Source: an uncultured Candidatus Saccharibacteria bacterium (GTDB taxonomy: Bacteria > Patescibacteriota > Saccharimonadia > CAILAD01 > BJGX01). From it: a stretch of DNA of 64,000 nucleotides. Positions within the stretch are counted from its first letter, which is position 1. Each line of letters starts with the position of its first letter. Below the pieces are notes generated by a model that was not told the DNA's origin, did not search any database, and worked only from the letters and a program-made list of their open reading frames with translations. A program made the translations under genes and the position numbers. The stretch is taken from positions 68,539-132,538 of the forward strand of contig CAZWVB010000001.1 in NCBI GenBank assembly GCA_964637185.1. Reading direction: 5' to 3'. Of the stretch, positions 28,750 to 37,650 are shown one piece after another.

Positions 28750-30210
28750 ATGGCTATGTCAACGCTCAAGATCAAACTATCCAAATTACCAAAATCACCA
28801 GGCGTTTATTTTTTCAAAGACGCTGATGGCAAGATTATCTACATCGGTAAAGCCTCCCAGCTCAGTCGACGGGTTAAAAGTTATTTTCAAAAGAACCATG
28901 GCGACACCAAAACCCAACTATTGGTAGAAAACATTGCTGATGTTGAATGGATAGTGGCCGGATCCGAAATAGAAGCACTTTTTTTGGAAGCCGAATTTAT
29001 CAAACGCCACAAACCGCTTTACAACGTGCAGGAGAAGGATGACAAAAATTTTCTGTATGTCAAAGTGAGCTTGCAAGAAGACTTTCCGACCGTGTCGACA
29101 GTTCGACGACCAAGCGACGATCGGGCACGGTATTTTGGCCCATTCATACACGGCTATGAAGTGCGTAAGGCCTTGCGCTATCTGCGTCGGATATTTCCGT
29201 ATTACGTCAAGGCCGAGCGCAAACTCAGTAGCAAGCTCGAGTATCAGATAGGAGTTGCGCCAAACCCAGAGCTAAGTCGTGCGCAATACCGCGCTGGCAT
29301 AGCTAGGCTGGTAATGGTGCTGGAGGGTAAGACCAAGACTGTACTCAGACAACAGGAGCTGGAGATGAAAAGGCTAGCGGCCAAGCGGGATTTTGAGAGT
29401 GCCAGCCGAGTGCGCAACCAATACATTGCATTGAAGGCGCTCTCTACCAAGATAATATTTGGTCGTGATGAAACATTTGATCTAACTCTAGATATGGCGC
29501 TCAATGGGCTTGCCGATACTCTTGGCCTGCCAAAGCCGCCACGTCGTATCGAATGTTATGATATCAGTAACTTTGCTGGCGGGGATGCAGTGAGCTCCAT
29601 GATAGTTTTTACCGATGGTGTTCCAGACCAGAAATCATATCGGCATTTTCGCATGAAGAGTCTGGGGCCCAATGATTTTGCGATGATGGCGGAGACTATG
29701 CGTCGTCGGTTTGCGGCTCGGCACGATGACTGGCCCAAGCCTGAGCTGGTTATCATCGATGGCGGCAAAGGTCAGTTGAGCAGTGCACTGGCGGCCATGG
29801 CTGAGCTTGGTCTACATCTGCCAGTTGTTGGCTTAGCCAAACGGTATGAGACTATAGTACAGCCAGCCGATGTGGCCAAACCATTTGGCCCCAAAGATAC
29901 GCAGGTCCGGCAAGAAGGTGAGTTTGTATTGATTAGTCTGGATCATGATAGTGAGGTACTGCAGCTTTTGCAGCGGGTGCGAGACGAGGCACATCGTTTT
30001 GCGGTTAGTTATCATACCCTAGTGCGCAAGAAACGTACTAAGGCTTCGCTACTGGATAGTATTGTCGGAGTTGGTCCGGTGACACGTAAAAAGTTGGTAC
30101 GAAGTTTCGGCAGTGTGGCCGGCGTCAAACAAGCCAGTTTGGATGAATTATCAGCAGTGGTCGGTCCTGTCAAAGCGAAGCAAATTTACCAGGCGCTGGC
30201 GTCATCCTGA
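28750..30210 (+). CDS. uvrC: excinuclease ABC subunit C (compact)
   Basis: GIY-YIG (GVYFFKD...IYIGKA), UVR motif, C-terminal HhH. Alternative start at 28714. Confidence 0.85.
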   Translation: MAMSTLKIKLSKLPKSPGVYFFKDADGKIIYIGKASQLSRRVKSYFQKNHGDTKTQLLVENIADVEWIVAGSEIEALFLEAEFIKRHKPLYNVQEKDDKNFLYVKVSLQEDFPTVSTVRRPSDDRARYFGPFIHGYEVRKALRYLRRIFPYYVKAERKLSSKLEYQIGVAPNPELSRAQYRAGIARLVMVLEGKTKTVLRQQELEMKRLAAKRDFESASRVRNQYIALKALSTKIIFGRDETFDLTLDMALNGLADTLGLPKPPRRIECYDISNFAGGDAVSSMIVFTDGVPDQKSYRHFRMKSLGPNDFAMMAETMRRRFAARHDDWPKPELVIIDGGKGQLSSALAAMAELGLHLPVVGLAKRYETIVQPADVAKPFGPKDTQVRQEGEFVLISLDHDSEVLQLLQRVRDEAHRFAVSYHTLVRKKRTKASLLDSIVGVGPVTRKKLVRSFGSVAGVKQASLDELSAVVGPVKAKQIYQALASS

Positions 30211-30249
30211 TCTGTACAACGCCACTCCAAACTGCTATACTTACAGACT

Positions 30250-30612
30250 ATGGTGAAGCGTTTTTTACTGAGCTGGGTAGTCAATTTTCTGGGACTTTGG
30301 GCGGCAGCCAGACTATTCAGTAGCATCGATTACCAGTCACAATTGTGGGTGCTGTTGATAGCATCACTGATATTCGGCATCGTAAATGCTATAGTGCGAC
30401 CGGTAGTAGTGATACTTAGTCTGCCTGCCATCGTTGTGACTTTGGGTATTTTTACTTTGGTAGTCAATGTACTGATGCTTTATCTGACAAGTTTGATATT
30501 CCCGAAATTGGAGATCAATTCGATTGCTGCCGCCATTGGTGCAGTTGTGATCATATGGTTGGTCAACTATGTATTTAATGATATCCTTATGCCAGACAAG
30601 GAGAATGTATGA
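30250..30612 (+). CDS. DUF360 / phage-holin-4_2-like 4-TM membrane protein
   Basis: Four TMs with GLWAAARL...IVNAIVRP...NVLMLYLTS pattern. Confidence 0.55.
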   Translation: MVKRFLLSWVVNFLGLWAAARLFSSIDYQSQLWVLLIASLIFGIVNAIVRPVVVILSLPAIVVTLGIFTLVVNVLMLYLTSLIFPKLEINSIAAAIGAVVIIWLVNYVFNDILMPDKENV

Positions 30613-30827
30613 AAAACATATTGCCGATAATCACCGTGGTAAGTGCCATACTATTGATCTGTGTAATATTGTTGCAAAACCAAGGTAGTGGTTTGGGCGC
30701 AGCCTATGGCGGTGATTCCAATTTCTATCGATCCAAAAGAGGTGCTGAAAAAACATTGTTTGTACTGACGATAGTGTTGGCAATATTGTTTGTAGGCTCC
30801 ATACTAGGCGCATTGGTAGTGCACTAA
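30609..30827 (+). CDS. secG: preprotein translocase subunit SecG
   Basis: LLQNQGSGLGAAYGG motif; two TMs; 72 aa. Confidence 0.7.
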   Translation: MKNILPIITVVSAILLICVILLQNQGSGLGAAYGGDSNFYRSKRGAEKTLFVLTIVLAILFVGSILGALVVH

Positions 30828-30838
30828 TTTTGTAGACT

Positions 30839-32557
30839 ATGTGGAAGTATCTCAAGTTTCGTCTACGTAGGCGTAGTCGGCGTTTGCGTCAAAATATGCG
30901 GCTGTGGCGACTTTGGCTGCTACATTATCTGCAAAGACATATTTATGGTAGTTGGCAAAAATTGGGTCAGTTGAGATGGCCGTTTTTGGTTTGGATATTG
31001 ATAATATTGATTAGTTTTATTGGGTTGATCAGCACGATCAACGGCTATGACAATATATATCTAGCTGATGCGCCTGCCCACGGCGGCAACTACATAGAAG
31101 GTATGGTTGGCAGTGGAGAGGTTATCAATCCGATTTATGCCCAATCGACTACTGAACAAGATTTGGAAACTTTGATATTTGCTGGCCTGACCAGGCAAAG
31201 CCCCAAAAATCAGCCAGAAGCTGACTTGGCCAAGAACTGGGAGATATCATCTGATCGTAAAACCTACACTTTCAATCTTCGGGATGGCCTGGTGTGGCAG
31301 GATGGTCAACCGCTGACTGCAGAAGACGTGGCATTTACGGTCGACGTTATTCAAGATCCAAATAGTAAAAGTCCTTTGGCGAATGATTGGAAGGGTGTGC
31401 GTTATGAGGTAGTAGGGCCCCAAACTATTCGCTTTACATTGCCCAATACCTTCAGCAATTTTCTCTACAATACCACTGTAGGTATTATCCCCAAACACTT
31501 GCTATCGAGTGTCAAACGTTCCAATCTAAGGCTCCATGAGTTCAGCCAAAATCCGGTTGGTAGTGGGCCCTATCAGTTTGATGGTAAATCAAGTGATGGC
31601 AAGACTATCAAGCTCAAGGCATTTGGACGTTATCACTTCGGCAGGCCCTACATTGAAAGTTTTCGTTATCGTCTATATGAAACAACTGATGATATGATCA
31701 GCGGCTATGCCAAATCTGAGATCCAAGGTATGGGCAAAGTCGATGCGCAATCACTGGACAAGCTACGTAGTATTGGTGGCCTTAACCTTTATCAACTCAA
31801 ACAACCGGCTTATGTGGCGGTATTCTTCAACACATCACGCGCCCCATACAACAATCCAGAGCTGAGACGGGCTATTACCCAGGCAACCAACCGGGGTGAG
31901 ATCATCGGCGATACTCTGCAGGGCACAGCTAGTCAGCAAACAGTGCCACTCGATGCTACGATGGCCGACCAGCCGCAAGGTATTGGTCTTGATACAGCCA
32001 CTGCTAAGGCGTCAATAGCCAAGCTGGGTGCTGGTCAGCAGACACTCAGGCTCACTACGGTCAGGGGTGGTAGCTACGAGCAAGTTGCCAGATCATTGCA
32101 ACGTCAGTGGCAGGACGCTGGCCTAAAAATTGATCTAGACTTGAGAAATGCCGACGACTTTGGCTCGAGCGTGCTTCGTTCGCGCAACTACGACATGGTG
32201 CTGTATGGCCAAAATGTGTCTAGTGGGGATGTGTACAGTTTTTGGCACTCAAGCCAGGCAGAAGATCCAGGCCTCAATCTTTCGGAGTACAAAAACACTG
32301 ATGCCGATCGTGCTATCGAAGCGGCCAGATTGTCGCAAGATCTTGATTACAAAAAACAAAAATACTCAGTGTTTGTAGCGCAGTGGTCCAAGGACGCACC
32401 GGCAGTTGTGTTGTATAGCCCATTTTACTATTATGCCCAAAGCAAACAAATACATGGCTTTGATCTGCATCAAATTACCAAACCCTCAGAAAGGTTTTAT
32501 GATGTGCAGCTCTGGTATATAAAAGCCATCAAACAACTGCGCGCAGTCGTTCAATAA
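30839..32557 (+). CDS. ABC transporter substrate-binding protein, family 5 (peptide/nickel type), orphan
   Basis: SBP_bac_5-like length and motifs; no adjacent permease/ATPase genes. Start may be at 30896. Confidence 0.75.
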   Translation: MWKYLKFRLRRRSRRLRQNMRLWRLWLLHYLQRHIYGSWQKLGQLRWPFLVWILIILISFIGLISTINGYDNIYLADAPAHGGNYIEGMVGSGEVINPIYAQSTTEQDLETLIFAGLTRQSPKNQPEADLAKNWEISSDRKTYTFNLRDGLVWQDGQPLTAEDVAFTVDVIQDPNSKSPLANDWKGVRYEVVGPQTIRFTLPNTFSNFLYNTTVGIIPKHLLSSVKRSNLRLHEFSQNPVGSGPYQFDGKSSDGKTIKLKAFGRYHFGRPYIESFRYRLYETTDDMISGYAKSEIQGMGKVDAQSLDKLRSIGGLNLYQLKQPAYVAVFFNTSRAPYNNPELRRAITQATNRGEIIGDTLQGTASQQTVPLDATMADQPQGIGLDTATAKASIAKLGAGQQTLRLTTVRGGSYEQVARSLQRQWQDAGLKIDLDLRNADDFGSSVLRSRNYDMVLYGQNVSSGDVYSFWHSSQAEDPGLNLSEYKNTDADRAIEAARLSQDLDYKKQKYSVFVAQWSKDAPAVVLYSPFYYYAQSKQIHGFDLHQITKPSERFYDVQLWYIKAIKQLRAVVQ

Positions 32558-32672
32558 TCTCTCCCAACTTTAAGCAAAGCTATGTTAACTTTGCGTACCA
32601 AACAAGAAAGCAGTACAAAAGTTGCAAAACAAATCAATAGCATTGTTTGTCAACTCAATCACTGCTTGACGT

Positions 32673-32759
32673 GGTACCGCGGAGAGGACTCGAACCTCCA
32701 CGAGCGCAATGCTCACTAGAACCTGAATCTAGCGTGTCTACCAATTCCACCACCGCGGC
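32673..32759 (-). tRNA. tRNA-Leu (anticodon CAG), CCA encoded
   Basis: Cloverleaf folded by hand: GCCGCGG acceptor, long variable arm, loop UUCAGGU. Confidence 0.85.
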
Positions 32760-32806
32760 GTGCGAATGGCTGCAATTATAACAAATATGAACTGGTAATT
32801 GTAGTA

Positions 32807-33673
32807 CTACTGCTTGGTGTAGAAGAAGTTGTATCCGTTGTCTACTCTTCGATCCCAAGTATAAGCATCTGATAGTAAGCACCATACACTATGATAACAA
32901 TTGACACCAGCGCGCTGGCTTTCGTAGCTAGCAGCTGCAGCATGCTCAAAATTATTGTTGGTACGCTGCAATTTTGCGCCATCCGGTATGCCAGATTTGG
33001 CACGCACACAGAAGCTGTCATTGACTGGTATGCCAAAACTAAAGCGTCCATCGGTGTCAGTGGTTGCAGTACGCTCACCACTACAAGTCTCGACTACAGC
33101 CCCACCAATAGGTGTGTTGTCGAGCGTAAGGCGGCCGCTTACCAGTACGTTGTAGCTACCTGAAGTGATGCCAAATGGGTTGGGTGGCGGCGTACTGACT
33201 TGACTGACCACTTGGCCAGCTGCGGTCGGGAGCTTGGTAGCACTATCGTCAAAACTGGCAGGTACTTCGGCGCCACGTATCCAGCAGCGATAGCTGGCAT
33301 TCCATGGTTGTGTGCCACGACGGGCAAATGTGTTGTAAAAAGCTTGATCTTGAACAGCCGGCGGTGCTTGGCGAGGATCGGGGTACTGTGCGGCCAGCTC
33401 TGGACCAACCGCGCCTTTCCAGGTGCCGCGATCAAACTGGTAAGCACCAAAATGTGTGCCATTACTGGCCTGATAATTGCCACCTGATTCGCATTGGGCG
33501 ATGCGCCCTCGCCAGTACTCGGCATTATCATTGAATACCGGTATGCCAGCAGCAAATATCTGGCGAATAAGAATAATGCCAACTACTAGAAGCGCCACTA
33601 CCAGCGTCCACATCAAGAATTTCGGTGTTTTGTGTGGCTGAATTTTTTGCAATGTTTTGGGCTTGTTTGCCAT
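32807..33673 (-). CDS. signal-anchored Rpf-like transglycosylase-domain protein
   Basis: IAQCESGGNYQASNGTHFGAYQFDRGTW is the Rpf/transglycosylase-like signature. Leader resembles the family (LVVALLVVGIILIRQIFAAG). Confidence 0.7.
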   Translation of the reverse strand: MANKPKTLQKIQPHKTPKFLMWTLVVALLVVGIILIRQIFAAGIPVFNDNAEYWRGRIAQCESGGNYQASNGTHFGAYQFDRGTWKGAVGPELAAQYPDPRQAPPAVQDQAFYNTFARRGTQPWNASYRCWIRGAEVPASFDDSATKLPTAAGQVVSQVSTPPPNPFGITSGSYNVLVSGRLTLDNTPIGGAVVETCSGERTATTDTDGRFSFGIPVNDSFCVRAKSGIPDGAKLQRTNNNFEHAAAASYESQRAGVNCYHSVWCLLSDAYTWDRRVDNGYNFFYTKQ

Positions 33674-33754
33674 AACTACTATCTATTAGCCTAACTGGTT
33701 TGAGCTATAAGATCAAGTTTTGATCAAATCTGATAAAGTTGTTATGCTATTAGT

Positions 33755-35389
33755 ATGAGTAAATATCTCAAGGATTTGGCCAGTCAACTTAGTGGTGAGG
33801 TCAGTGTGGCTGACAGTACGCGCAAATATTTCTCCACTGATGGTAGTGTGTTCACTACTAAGCCGTCCGTTGTGGTATATCCACGTAATGAGATCGATGT
33901 GGTCAATACTGTAAAGTATTTGTATTGGCATGCCCAGGAGGGCAATCCTATCGGGCTAACCGCTCGCGGCAAAGGCACTGACCAGGGTGGTGGCGCACTT
34001 GGCGATGGTGTGATGATGGTTTTTCCTGCCCACATGAAGAAGCTTGTGAAGATAGATAGGGGGTCAGTGACAGTACAGCCAGGTATGATCTATGCTAGCT
34101 TGCAACAAGTGTTGCATAGCCATGGTAGGTTTTTGCCACCCTATCCGGCTAGTATAGATTTCTGCACGGTAGGTGGAGCTGTTGCCAACAACGCGGCTGG
34201 TGAAAAGACGGTCAAATACGGTGCGACCCGCAGTTGGGTAGCTGGTCTCAAAGTAGTGTTGAGCAATGGTGACATTATACAGACTCGCCGTCTCAACAAA
34301 AAAGAGCTCAAACAAAAACAAGCCCAGGCTGATTTTGAAGGCCATTTATATCGAGAGGTAGATAGACTTGTTACCGACAACTGGCATACTATCAATGATC
34401 ATAAACTTACTGTCAGCAAGAATTCCGCCGGCTACGATATCTGGGACGTCAAACGCAGTGACGGCAGTTTTGACTTAGGCCAACTTATTGTCGGCTCGCA
34501 AGGCACACTAGGTGTGGTGACCGAGATCACATTTGGTACCGCACCATACAATTCACACACAACACTTTTGGCTGGCTATTTTGATAGTATTCACAAGGCC
34601 CAGGAGGCAGTGCAGCAGATCATGCCGCTAGGCCCGAGTGCGCTCGAGGTGGTCGACCATCATCTGCTAGAATTCTTGCAAAAGAACAAGCCGGAGCAAC
34701 TCAACGGGTTGGTGTCTGAGCCATTTCCACAGATCATACTGCTATGTGAGTTTGATGATCTCAAGCCCAAACAACAAGCCAATAAGGCCAAAAAAGTGCA
34801 AGCTATCTATAGCAAGTATGCTCATAACCAGCGCGTAGCCGTAGATCAGACTCAAGAAGATCAGTTGTGGCGAGTGCGTCGTGGTGCTGCTGCCGTGATC
34901 TGGACTATTGATAGTCCCAAGAAGGCACTGCCAATCATCGAGGATGGGGCGGTACCGGTGGCCAAACTGGGCGAGCTGTTGCAGGCGGCCGACAAATTGT
35001 TCGCACGCTACAAAGTCGAGGTAGCTATATGGGGCCATGCTGGCGACGGCCATCTGCATATCCAACCGTTTTTGGACCTGAGCAATCTACGTGATCGAGC
35101 CAAACTGTTTGAGCTGACCGATGATTTTTACAAGCTGATCATCAAGCTAGGTGGCACCACTTGTGGCGAACACAATGATGGTATCATGCGCGCACCTTAC
35201 CTCAAGGATCTATATGGCGCCAAGATATATAGCATTTTTGAACAGATCAAAGAGTTGTTTGACCCGCTTGGGTTTATGAATCCCGGCGTCAAGCTACATG
35301 TGACTCGCGAAGAAGCGATGATGAAGCTGCGCCGTGAGTACTCCATGAAGCATTTGCATGACCAGCTACCTGCCAGCTACAATCACTGA
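33755..35389 (+). CDS. FAD-linked oxidase (GlcD / D-lactate dehydrogenase family)
   Basis: FAD-binding PCMH domain (GKGTDQGGG) and C-terminal FAD-oxidase domain. Confidence 0.8.
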   Translation: MSKYLKDLASQLSGEVSVADSTRKYFSTDGSVFTTKPSVVVYPRNEIDVVNTVKYLYWHAQEGNPIGLTARGKGTDQGGGALGDGVMMVFPAHMKKLVKIDRGSVTVQPGMIYASLQQVLHSHGRFLPPYPASIDFCTVGGAVANNAAGEKTVKYGATRSWVAGLKVVLSNGDIIQTRRLNKKELKQKQAQADFEGHLYREVDRLVTDNWHTINDHKLTVSKNSAGYDIWDVKRSDGSFDLGQLIVGSQGTLGVVTEITFGTAPYNSHTTLLAGYFDSIHKAQEAVQQIMPLGPSALEVVDHHLLEFLQKNKPEQLNGLVSEPFPQIILLCEFDDLKPKQQANKAKKVQAIYSKYAHNQRVAVDQTQEDQLWRVRRGAAAVIWTIDSPKKALPIIEDGAVPVAKLGELLQAADKLFARYKVEVAIWGHAGDGHLHIQPFLDLSNLRDRAKLFELTDDFYKLIIKLGGTTCGEHNDGIMRAPYLKDLYGAKIYSIFEQIKELFDPLGFMNPGVKLHVTREEAMMKLRREYSMKHLHDQLPASYNH

Positions 35390-35436
35390 TCTAGAAAATA
35401 AGATCGTTTTTTGTTAAAATAGTCAAGTTCTAAACA

Positions 35437-35699
35437 CTTCATGCGGACGTGGTGGAATTGGTAGACACGCTAGCTGTCGAGTGCCAACGAGCATCAATGT
35501 GAGGCTAGAACTAGCCCCTCATGTATTGGGGAGCTAAAATAATCTCACTATCATGCGGACGTGGTGGAATTGGTAGACACGCTAGCTGTCGAGTGCCAAC
35601 GAGCATCAATGTGAGGCTAGAACTAGCCCCTCATGTATTGGGGAGCTAAAATAATCTCACTATCATGCGGACGTGGTGGAATTGGTAGACACGCTAGCT
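35437..35699 (+). repeat. 2.3 tandem copies of a 112-bp unit = 5' 32 nt of tRNA-Leu(GAG) + 80-nt non-tRNA segment
   Basis: Units start at 35443 and 35555 and are identical. The third copy is the intact tRNA. Divergence point lies in the anticodon loop (after U32). Confidence 0.85.
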
Positions 35700-35757
35700 T
35701 GAGGGGCTAGTGCCTAATATATCAGGCGTGGAGGTTCGAGTCCTCTCGTCCGCACCA
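35667..35757 (+). tRNA. tRNA-Leu (anticodon GAG), CCA encoded
   Basis: GCGGACG acceptor, loop UUGAGGG, long variable arm, GGTTCGAGTCC T-arm. Confidence 0.85.
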
Positions 35758-35763
35758 GCAATT

Positions 35764-36159
35764 ATGAATATTATTACAGAAGTCAAAAAGTTAAAGCTCG
35801 AGCCAGATCAGTATATTGTGATCGGAAGTGGCATCTTGTCGGCTTTGGGTATTCGTGCAACTGATGATGTGGATTTAGTAGTCAGCCAGACAATTTACGA
35901 TTATTACAAAAAACAAGGCTGGTCCGAGAAGAAATGGCCAATGGGCGAGCCAACTGTTGCCAATGGTATTTACGAAATGGGTACTGATTGGGGAGACGAT
36001 ACCAACATATACCATCTGGCTGATTTGCTCAGAAACAAACAAGTTGTAGAAGGAGTGAATTTCGTAAGCCTTGATTTTTTAAAAAAATGGAAACTTGCAA
36101 AGGGCCGTAGCAAGGATTTGGCTGACGTTAAGCTGATTGATGATTACTTAGTATCTTAG
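35764..36159 (+). CDS. minimal nucleotidyltransferase-fold protein (GSG-x8-DDVD), function unknown
   Basis: VIGSGILSALGIRATDDVDLVV pol-beta-type NTase signature; 131 aa. Starts 7 nt after the tRNA; 3' end overlaps the convergent folD. Confidence 0.55.
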   Translation: MNIITEVKKLKLEPDQYIVIGSGILSALGIRATDDVDLVVSQTIYDYYKKQGWSEKKWPMGEPTVANGIYEMGTDWGDDTNIYHLADLLRNKQVVEGVNFVSLDFLKKWKLAKGRSKDLADVKLIDDYLVS

Positions 36160-36985
36160 CTGCCGCAACAACATTTTGGAGTAGACTTACCACTGTCACA
36201 GGTCCGACTCCGCCGGGGACTTTGGCTAGCCGTGATGGTTTGTCGCCAACACTCTCATAATCCACATCGCCGGTGAGTTTGCCATTGATCTCGACTATAC
36301 CGACATCGAGTACTACGGCACCTGTTTTGACATGGTCGGTTTTGATAAGGCCTGGCTGACCAGCCGCGCTGATCAACACATCGGCCCGCGATGTGATTTT
36401 GGCAAGATCCTCGGTGGTGATGTCGCAGACCTCGACGTCAAGCTGCTTATTGCGCAGTATGATACTCAGTGGCATCCCCACCATCTTGCCGTGGCCCACT
36501 AGCACAATCTTCTTGCCAGGCAGATCGATAACGGTCTGCTCCAGCACGGTCAAAATGGCCAGAGGTGTGGCTGGTATTAGTACTGGTTGGTTGTCGCGTA
36601 GCGCCTGCAGGCTGGCTTGGCTCAGGCCATCAACATCTTTGTGGATCGGTATGAGATCGAGCAGCATCTGAGGATCGTACCAGCCGCTCAGTGGTAGCTG
36701 CACTATTATGCCATGTACATCGGCTCTGGCGGCCAATTCGCGCATCAGCCGCAGACAGTCATCTTGCATGTTGTCACTCCAGTCGTGTAGCTCAACTGCC
36801 ACGCCAATCTGTTCAGCCCTTTTCTGTTTGAGCCGGATATATACCTCAGAGCGCTCGTCTGGCCGATAGGTAACAATAGCCAGTTTGGGTATAATGCCAG
36901 AAGTTTTTAGCTTTACAATATCTTGTGCTAGACTATCGGCTATCTGCTCGGCGATGTTTTTGCCATCAATTATTTTCATAGCCAT
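36128..36985 (-). CDS. folD: bifunctional methylenetetrahydrofolate dehydrogenase/cyclohydrolase
   Basis: GRS...VGKP and GGVGPVT motifs; 285 aa. Confidence 0.85.
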   Translation of the reverse strand: MAMKIIDGKNIAEQIADSLAQDIVKLKTSGIIPKLAIVTYRPDERSEVYIRLKQKRAEQIGVAVELHDWSDNMQDDCLRLMRELAARADVHGIIVQLPLSGWYDPQMLLDLIPIHKDVDGLSQASLQALRDNQPVLIPATPLAILTVLEQTVIDLPGKKIVLVGHGKMVGMPLSIILRNKQLDVEVCDITTEDLAKITSRADVLISAAGQPGLIKTDHVKTGAVVLDVGIVEINGKLTGDVDYESVGDKPSRLAKVPGGVGPVTVVSLLQNVVAAAKILSNHQSA

Positions 36986-37068
36986 ATTCTAACAGATATT
37001 GCCATAAAGCTGCCTATCTGCTATAACAGTTACACTTCTTTTACAACTTAGTCGATCCTGGAGGGGAC

Positions 37069-37596
37069 ATGACAGGTAGCAATATCGTTGCGGTAGTGGT
37101 GGGTGGAGAAAGTATGCACTTTCGCATCCCCACAGACAAGGACTACGAAGCTCTGGTGCGCTGTGATGAGATCGGCAGCAGGCTGTTCGAGATCTTGCCC
37201 GAATCGGAGGCCGAAGAACTGCTGCGCAGCATGCTGATGGTGTTGCGCAAACGGTTCGTGGACCTCAATCCCGACCCGCTCGATCGGATCATCGGCGTGT
37301 CAGCTCACGAGCGACTGCATGAGTACCACCTGCGAACTGAAGCTGCCGAGGCAGAGGCAGACGAGTTGCGTCGACAGTTGAGCTGCGCCAACAACCAGCT
37401 CGTACAGTGTCGTCAGTTCCTGCGTTCGCTGCGGGAACTCGCCAAGGTGCATGATCTGCGCGCTGCCCTCAAGGTCCTGCATGGGTTCAAACCCAATCAG
37501 GATCCGAAGTGGCAAGCCACTGACAAGCTCAACCAGTTCTGTGCGGAGCTGCGGGTGCGTATCGGCGATCAGCTGCCGAAATTGCTGGGTGAATAA
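37069..37596 (+). CDS. hypothetical coiled-coil protein (GC-rich islet c)
   Basis: High-GC3 ORF with CTGGAGGGGAC RBS; no motif recognised. Confidence 0.5.
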   Translation: MTGSNIVAVVVGGESMHFRIPTDKDYEALVRCDEIGSRLFEILPESEAEELLRSMLMVLRKRFVDLNPDPLDRIIGVSAHERLHEYHLRTEAAEAEADELRRQLSCANNQLVQCRQFLRSLRELAKVHDLRAALKVLHGFKPNQDPKWQATDKLNQFCAELRVRIGDQLPKLLGE

Positions 37597-37602
37597 GAAG
37601 CT

Positions 37603-37650
37603 GGGGCTGGGCGATCATGTGATTGCCCAGCCCCGAGTCGTATTTATTAC
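37603..37650. terminator. bidirectional intrinsic terminator (perfect 10-bp GGGGCTGGGC/GCCCAGCCCC stem)
   Basis: Stem read directly; T-rich tail; lies between convergent genes. Confidence 0.6.

Noticed and set aside
32655-32885. 76-aa minus-strand ORF
   Set aside because: Overlaps tRNA-Leu(CAG).
35437-35699. CRISPR array
   Set aside because: Only 2.3 copies, 112-bp period with identical 80-nt inter-repeat segments, and the repeat is a tRNA 5' half; not CRISPR architecture, and no cas genes.
36200-36225. tRNA T-arm-like GGTCCGACTCC as a possible attR remnant downstream of tRNA-Leu(GAG)
   Set aside because: It is the antisense of the conserved GGVGP motif inside folD; coincidence.
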